Assembly: GCA_021773215.1 (NCBI GenBank)
Contig: JAJFKM010000074.1
Span: 12,386-76,385, forward strand
Reading direction: 5' to 3'
From: Gammaproteobacteria bacterium
Lineage (GTDB): Bacteria; Pseudomonadota; Gammaproteobacteria; Eutrophobiales; Eutrophobiaceae
DNA: 64,000 nt
In this document: positions 59,303 to 64,000 of the stretch, piece after piece
Position numbering within the stretch: the stretch's first letter is position 1
Layout: each line of letters begins with the position of its first letter
Translations under genes and position numbers: made by a program
Notes under the pieces: model-generated
The model's database searches: none
Seen by the model: the letters and a program-made list of their open reading frames with translations, nothing else
Told to the model about the DNA's origin: nothing

Positions 59303-61438
59303 TTGAAAAATATCAGACAACTCTTCTTATTTGCCGGCACGCTACTCCTAGTCATATCTAATGTCTCCGCGGACATAAAAACGGTACCTGCCTCAGCACT
59401 AGAACCAGAAAGTAAACATATTCGGGCAAGTGAATTAATAACGCATATCTTAACAACATACCATTACAAAAAAACCGAACTTGACGACAATCTTTCTGCA
59501 TTAATATACAAGCACTATCTGGAAAACCTTGATCAAAACAAGGCCTATTTTCTGAAGACAGATATTGATGAATTTGACCGGTATAAATACGAAATCGATA
59601 ATGCCATCATCAGATCAGATCTGGACCCTGCCTTCGAAATATTCAAACGCTATCGCAAGCGTGTTGATGAACGCATACAGTTTGCGCTTAATACAATTAA
59701 TTCTGATTTTGACTTTGCTATTGATGAAACCTATCGCTTTGATCGTCGTGAAGATGATTGGTTCGCAAATAAAGCTGAGCTAGACAAGCTTTGGCATAAA
59801 CGTGTCAAAAACGATGTGTTGAATTTAAAACTCACCAAAAAAGAACCTGATGAAATTAAAAAAACCTTAACAGATCGTTACAACCGCATACTTAGCAGCA
59901 CGCTACAACTAAACTCAAACGATGTATTCCAATCCTTTATTAATGCCTACACCACAGCGATAGAACCACACACAGCCTATTTTTCACCTCGTACATCAGA
60001 AAACTTCGATATAAGCATGCGCTTATCGCTAGAAGGCATTGGAGCTGTTTTACGTGGTGACAATGATTACACGCAAGTCGTAAAAATTATAACAGGTGGC
60101 CCCGCAGACTTAAGTAATCAGTTAAAAGCAGACGACAGGATTGTCGGTGTTGGACAAGACAAGGATGGCAAGATAGTCGACGTGATTGGCTGGCGTCTGG
60201 ACGATGTCGTTGACCTTATTCGAGGTCCTAAAGACAGTATTATAAGAATTGAGGTTTTGCCTAAAGATATCGGCGCAGAAGGCACATCGAAAATAGTGAC
60301 GATGACTCGCGATAAAATAAAACTTGAAGAACAAGATGCCAGTTCAAGTATTATTGATGTCCCAGATACAAAGACACGTATCGGCGTAATTAACCTTCCC
60401 ACCTTCTACATCGACTTCGCTGCTCAAGCGGAAGGTAAAAAAGATTATAAAAGCACCTCGCGTGATGTACGTAAATTAATTAAGTCCATGGTCAAAGAAG
60501 AAAACATCGCTGGATTGATAATCGATCTGCGTAGTAATGGCGGCGGTTCATTGTCAGAAGCTTTGGAACTTACCGGCCTCTTTATCGATAGAGGACCTGT
60601 TGTTCAAACCAAGGATGCTTCCGGTAGAGTTGATATCAATTACGATCCAGAACCCGGTATTAGCTACCCTGGCCCATTAGCGGTTTTGGTAGATCGTAAT
60701 AGCGCATCGGCCTCTGAAATTTTTGCCGGTGCAATTCAGGATTACCGTAGAGGCATTATTATTGGCGAACCTACCTTTGGCAAAGGCACGGTGCAAAATG
60801 TCATTGACTTGAATCGCTTTATTAAAGAAAGCAATGAAGACCACGGCCGATTAAAAACAACGATTGCACAATTCTTCCGTGTAAGCGGTGGTAGTAATCA
60901 ACATAAAGGCGTCGTGCCGGATATCATTTTTCCAACAGCGGAAGATTCTTCCGATCAAGGAGAACGTGCTTATGAAAATGCATTACCATGGGACCAGGTC
61001 AAACCAGCGCGATACTATCCAACCAGTGCTCCTATAGATAGATTTGAAATTGCTAAAGTAGAGCACGAGAAAAGGATCAAAGAGAATAAGTTATTTCAGT
61101 TATTAATGGATGACTTAAATGTAAAACGTGAAGCTAGCGATACAAAGGAAATCTCATTGCTGGAAAGCAAACGCAAGACAGAGCGTGAAGAGCTATTAAC
61201 TGCAAAAAAAGATATTCAAAATGCCATGCGCGTTGAAAAAGGATTGCCGCCGCTGGATGATACAGAAGAAGAACTGGAAGCATCTGATGAAGAAAGCGAA
61301 GAAGATGATCCGATAGATATATTGCTAAATGAAACTGCAGAGATATTAAATGACTTAATATCGCCACCGAAAGAGAACACTGTCGATACAAGAACAGTAA
61401 ATGCTAAAAAGCCCGCTACAACAAATAACAATCTGTAA
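59303..61438 (+). CDS. prc: Tail-specific (C-terminal processing) protease
   Basis: 711 aa with TTG start, signal peptide, PDZ (LEGIGAVL...GGPA) and S41 core VLVDRNSASASEIFAGAIQDY..G.IIGE.TFGKGTVQ. Confidence 0.9.
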   Translation: MKNIRQLFLFAGTLLLVISNVSADIKTVPASALEPESKHIRASELITHILTTYHYKKTELDDNLSALIYKHYLENLDQNKAYFLKTDIDEFDRYKYEIDNAIIRSDLDPAFEIFKRYRKRVDERIQFALNTINSDFDFAIDETYRFDRREDDWFANKAELDKLWHKRVKNDVLNLKLTKKEPDEIKKTLTDRYNRILSSTLQLNSNDVFQSFINAYTTAIEPHTAYFSPRTSENFDISMRLSLEGIGAVLRGDNDYTQVVKIITGGPADLSNQLKADDRIVGVGQDKDGKIVDVIGWRLDDVVDLIRGPKDSIIRIEVLPKDIGAEGTSKIVTMTRDKIKLEEQDASSSIIDVPDTKTRIGVINLPTFYIDFAAQAEGKKDYKSTSRDVRKLIKSMVKEENIAGLIIDLRSNGGGSLSEALELTGLFIDRGPVVQTKDASGRVDINYDPEPGISYPGPLAVLVDRNSASASEIFAGAIQDYRRGIIIGEPTFGKGTVQNVIDLNRFIKESNEDHGRLKTTIAQFFRVSGGSNQHKGVVPDIIFPTAEDSSDQGERAYENALPWDQVKPARYYPTSAPIDRFEIAKVEHEKRIKENKLFQLLMDDLNVKREASDTKEISLLESKRKTEREELLTAKKDIQNAMRVEKGLPPLDDTEEELEASDEESEEDDPIDILLNETAEILNDLISPPKENTVDTRTVNAKKPATTNNNL

Positions 61439-61509
61439 CAATCATTTAGTATAATCCTTGGCTGAAACACAATTGTTTCACTACTCAATAGTATTTAGGG
61501 AGAGTTGTC

Positions 61510-62535
61510 ATTAAAACTACACCAGCAACATTAATCGAGGGCGACGGCATTGGACCAGAGATCCTTGACGCAACAATAGAAATTTTAGATGCACTCGGTG
61601 CAAAGTTTGAATGGCACCGGTTTAAAGCCGGGCTATCTGCCTTTGAAGAATTTGGCGATCCCCTACCACAAGCAATGATGGATAATATCCGTGAAACGAG
61701 ACTTGCACTGAAAGCACCTCTGGGCACCCCAATCGGTGATGGCTTCCGTTCTGCAAACGTACGGTTACGAGAAGAATTTAAATTATATGCGAATGTTCGA
61801 CCAGCGGTATCCTACCTCCATGATCGCCGCCGCTATGACAATATTGATATCGTTCTAATTCGTGAGAATACACAAGGCTTCTATGTCGGTGTTGAACATT
61901 ACATTCCTATTGACGATGACCCTAAAGCCGTTGCTGAAGCATCCGGTATTATTACTCGCTCAGGATGTCGCAAGATCGCAAAATATACGTTTGATTATGC
62001 TATTAAAAATAATCGTAAAAAAATAACGATTGTACATAAAGCAAACATTCTAAAAAAACTGACAGGTCTATTCCTTGAAACTGCACGAGAAGTCAGTACT
62101 GAAAAGAAATACGAAGGACTTATCATTGAAGATCGCATTGTCGATAACACCGCTATGCAATTGGTTACCAACCCAGCTCAATTCGACATGATCTTAACCA
62201 CGAATATGTTCGGCGACATACTCTCTGATGAAATTGCCGGTTTGATTGGTGGACTTGGCCTCGCACCAGGAGGCAATATTGGTGAAGATGCGGCAATATT
62301 TGAAGCCGTGCATGGCACAGCCCCTGATATCGCAGGCCAAGGTATTGCAAACCCAACCGCCCTACTCCTTGCCGCTGCAATGATGCTGGATCACATCGAA
62401 GAAAAACCACTTGGTGACCGCTTGCGTGATGCGATTAAAGCAGCCTTAAGCGATCCGAAAACACGTACAGGTGATCTACAGGGGACAGCAAATACGAAGG
62501 AGTACACAGCGGCCGTTATTAGTTATTTAAATTAA
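61510..62535 (+). CDS. NAD-dependent isocitrate dehydrogenase-like (isocitrate/isopropylmalate dehydrogenase family), probable ATT start
   Basis: The conserved N-terminus [12 protein letters not shown]... lies in frame upstream of the first ATG (61675). An in-frame stop at 61489 and the absence of ATG/GTG/TTG leave the ATT at 61510, with SD AGGGAGAG 5-6 nt upstream. The rest of the protein is [28 protein letters not shown] and HGTAPDIAG. Confidence 0.7.
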   Translation: MKTTPATLIEGDGIGPEILDATIEILDALGAKFEWHRFKAGLSAFEEFGDPLPQAMMDNIRETRLALKAPLGTPIGDGFRSANVRLREEFKLYANVRPAVSYLHDRRRYDNIDIVLIRENTQGFYVGVEHYIPIDDDPKAVAEASGIITRSGCRKIAKYTFDYAIKNNRKKITIVHKANILKKLTGLFLETAREVSTEKKYEGLIIEDRIVDNTAMQLVTNPAQFDMILTTNMFGDILSDEIAGLIGGLGLAPGGNIGEDAAIFEAVHGTAPDIAGQGIANPTALLLAAAMMLDHIEEKPLGDRLRDAIKAALSDPKTRTGDLQGTANTKEYTAAVISYLN

Positions 62536-62591
62536 GTGTTTTAGAAAAATGATACGCGCTTTTTATGACAACTTAATAACAGGTAATTTAG

Positions 62592-63359
62592 ATGAAAAAG
62601 CTAGAGTCAGAAATACGATCTCTAAATAATTATGCTGCTATTAGTAAATATTTACCTTCAGATCATTCTGAGATTGTATCTCTATCATCTTATATAGAAC
62701 CCCATCTTAATAATCTGCCAAGAGGAACAAAAATTCTTGATTTAGGCTGTGGAGAAGGAGGTTCCTTTGAACTATTTAATCGTTCAGGAAAGAGTATTAA
62801 ATGGCACGGAGTAGATATTGAAAACTCACCAGAAGTCAAGAAACGCACACGAGAAAACGATTTAATATTGAGCTTTGATGGTATCAATCTTCCGTATGAC
62901 GATAACTATTTCGATTTGATATATTGTAATCAGGTTTTAGAGCATGTGCGATATATTGACGCTTTAATTCCTGAAGCCTTTCGAGTTCTGAAAAGTGGCG
63001 GAACATTCATTGGATCTGTGTCATATTTAGAGCCTTTTCACTCTTATAGCATTTCTAACCTTACTCCCTATGGTGTATCTCAAGTATTTGGTGACGCGGG
63101 GTTTAATCTTAAAGAAATTCGTCCTGGAGTTGATGCCCTATATTTGATTATACGCCAACTGCTTAGCCCATCTAAATGGTTGCGTCTTTTACTAACACAT
63201 AACTATTTATACATGTTCGTTGGGTTAATTAGTAGATTATTTCGCTTGGAGCACCGTGAACGTAACTTTCTTAAGGTGCAATTTTCAGGACACTTGGTCT
63301 TTATTGCTAAACGCTCTACTTCCAATTTGGCAGATGAAAATGAACAAATGCAGAACTAG
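62592..63359 (+). CDS. Class I SAM-dependent methyltransferase
   Basis: Motif I KILDLGCGEGG and motif post-II FDLIYCNQVLEHV. Confidence 0.75.
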   Translation: MKKLESEIRSLNNYAAISKYLPSDHSEIVSLSSYIEPHLNNLPRGTKILDLGCGEGGSFELFNRSGKSIKWHGVDIENSPEVKKRTRENDLILSFDGINLPYDDNYFDLIYCNQVLEHVRYIDALIPEAFRVLKSGGTFIGSVSYLEPFHSYSISNLTPYGVSQVFGDAGFNLKEIRPGVDALYLIIRQLLSPSKWLRLLLTHNYLYMFVGLISRLFRLEHRERNFLKVQFSGHLVFIAKRSTSNLADENEQMQN

Positions 63360-63405
63360 TCGCTTAGCTTTCAACAGTAACGGGCCCACTGCAGATAATA
63401 CTTTT

Positions 63406-64000
63406 TCATAGAAACGTTACTGGCTCAACCTTGTCCGCACACTTGAAATTAAATATTGTTGAATAGAAATACAATTCTGATTCTAAGGTACGCTTAATAT
63501 TCTTAGCTTGTCGAAAACCATGTTGTTCACCCTCATAGGCGATATAGGCAACCGGGATTCCCTTTTCTTTTAATGCATCTACCATCATCTCTGCCTGATT
63601 GGGTAATACTATCTTGTCTTCCAATCCCTGGAAGAAAATAACAGGACATGATAATTTTTCTACAGCATTAACGGGTGAACGTTCTTTATATATCTGTTGT
63701 TGTTCGGGGTATGCACCAATAAGTGTATCGAGGTAACGGGATTCAAATTTATGCGTTTCTTTTGCCAAGGCTTCTAAATCACTTACGCCATAATGGCTGG
63801 CGCCGGCCTTAAAGACATCGGTAAACGCTAATGCTGCTAGAGTGGTGAAGCCACCTGCACTACCACCACGAATCGCTAAACGATCTTTATCGACCCAACC
63901 TTGTTCGGCAACATACATCGCTGCCTTACTACAATCATTAACATCTACAATACCCCAGTTGCCGTTTAAACGTTGACGATACTCGCGTCCATAACCGCTG
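63406..64000 (-). CDS. S9 (prolyl oligopeptidase family) serine peptidase, C-terminal part (5' end outside window)
   Basis: The frame stays open to the window edge ([22 protein letters not shown] precedes the listed Met). Nucleophile elbow RGGSAGGF, with downstream D and H (GEQHGF). Confidence 0.8.
   Translation of the reverse strand, partial: SGYGREYRQRLNGNWGIVDVNDCSKAAMYVAEQGWVDKDRLAIRGGSAGGFTTLAALAFTDVFKAGASHYGVSDLEALAKETHKFESRYLDTLIGAYPEQQQIYKERSPVNAVEKLSCPVIFFQGLEDKIVLPNQAEMMVDALKEKGIPVAYIAYEGEQHGFRQAKNIKRTLESELYFYSTIFNFKCADKVEPVTFL

Noticed and set aside
61485-61727. An 80-aa minus-strand ORF upstream of the track's IDH start.
   Set aside because: The plus-strand frame here encodes the conserved GDGIGPE N-terminus of the dehydrogenase, so the antisense ORF is spurious.
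1-64000. A scan of the intergenic regions for tRNA/rRNA genes, CRISPR repeats, integrases, transposases and prophage genes.
   Set aside because: None was recognised by eye. Every spacer longer than 150 bp was read, with no cloverleaf-like T-arm motif or regularly spaced repeats. A proper tRNAscan/Infernal run could still find small RNAs.

Overview
This is a 64-kb chromosomal segment from a low-GC gammaproteobacterium. Hand counts of individual 60-nt rows give roughly 30-43% GC.

The right two-thirds (about 29.6-64 kb) is a conserved housekeeping block. On the minus strand it reads tilS-accA-dnaE-rnhB-lpxB-lpxA-fabZ-lpxD-skp-bamA-rseP-dxr-cdsA-uppS-frr-pyrH-tsf-rpsB. Diverging from it on the plus strand are map-glnD-mutH-dusA, followed by an FKBP isomerase, a Cache-HAMP-PP2C phosphatase, prc, an NAD-isocitrate-dehydrogenase-like gene, a methyltransferase and a partial S9 peptidase.

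The left third is accessory or regulatory. It holds:
- the tail of a YVTN propeller gene plus a NarL/LuxR-type two-component pair;
- a complete Vibrio-type TonB2 cluster (DUF3450, TtpC-like, ExbB, ExbD, TonB, TPR);
- a receiver-Hanks kinase fusion;
- a CzcCBA-like RND efflux operon carrying a 142-bp palindromic insert;
- TraB/GumN, DUF1244 and ndh;
- a Rap1a/Tai4-like secreted protein;
- a compositionally foreign (about 50-58% GC) CPA2 antiporter gene;
- a sigma54-type two-component pair diverging from an orphan 24-codon pqqA that the ORF track missed;
- cytochrome b561.

The best candidate for a new system lies at 25.4-28.9 kb. It is a tightly packed cassette of a MotA/ExbB-family channel, a single-TM partner that keeps the stator-type aspartate but has a non-ExbD periplasmic domain, a small membrane protein, and a periplasmic-vWA/TM/cytoplasmic-FHA protein. 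An L,D-transpeptidase and a DUF302 lipoprotein precede it.

I saw no rRNA, tRNA, CRISPR array, transposase or integrase. All family assignments come from motif recognition by eye; no searches were run.
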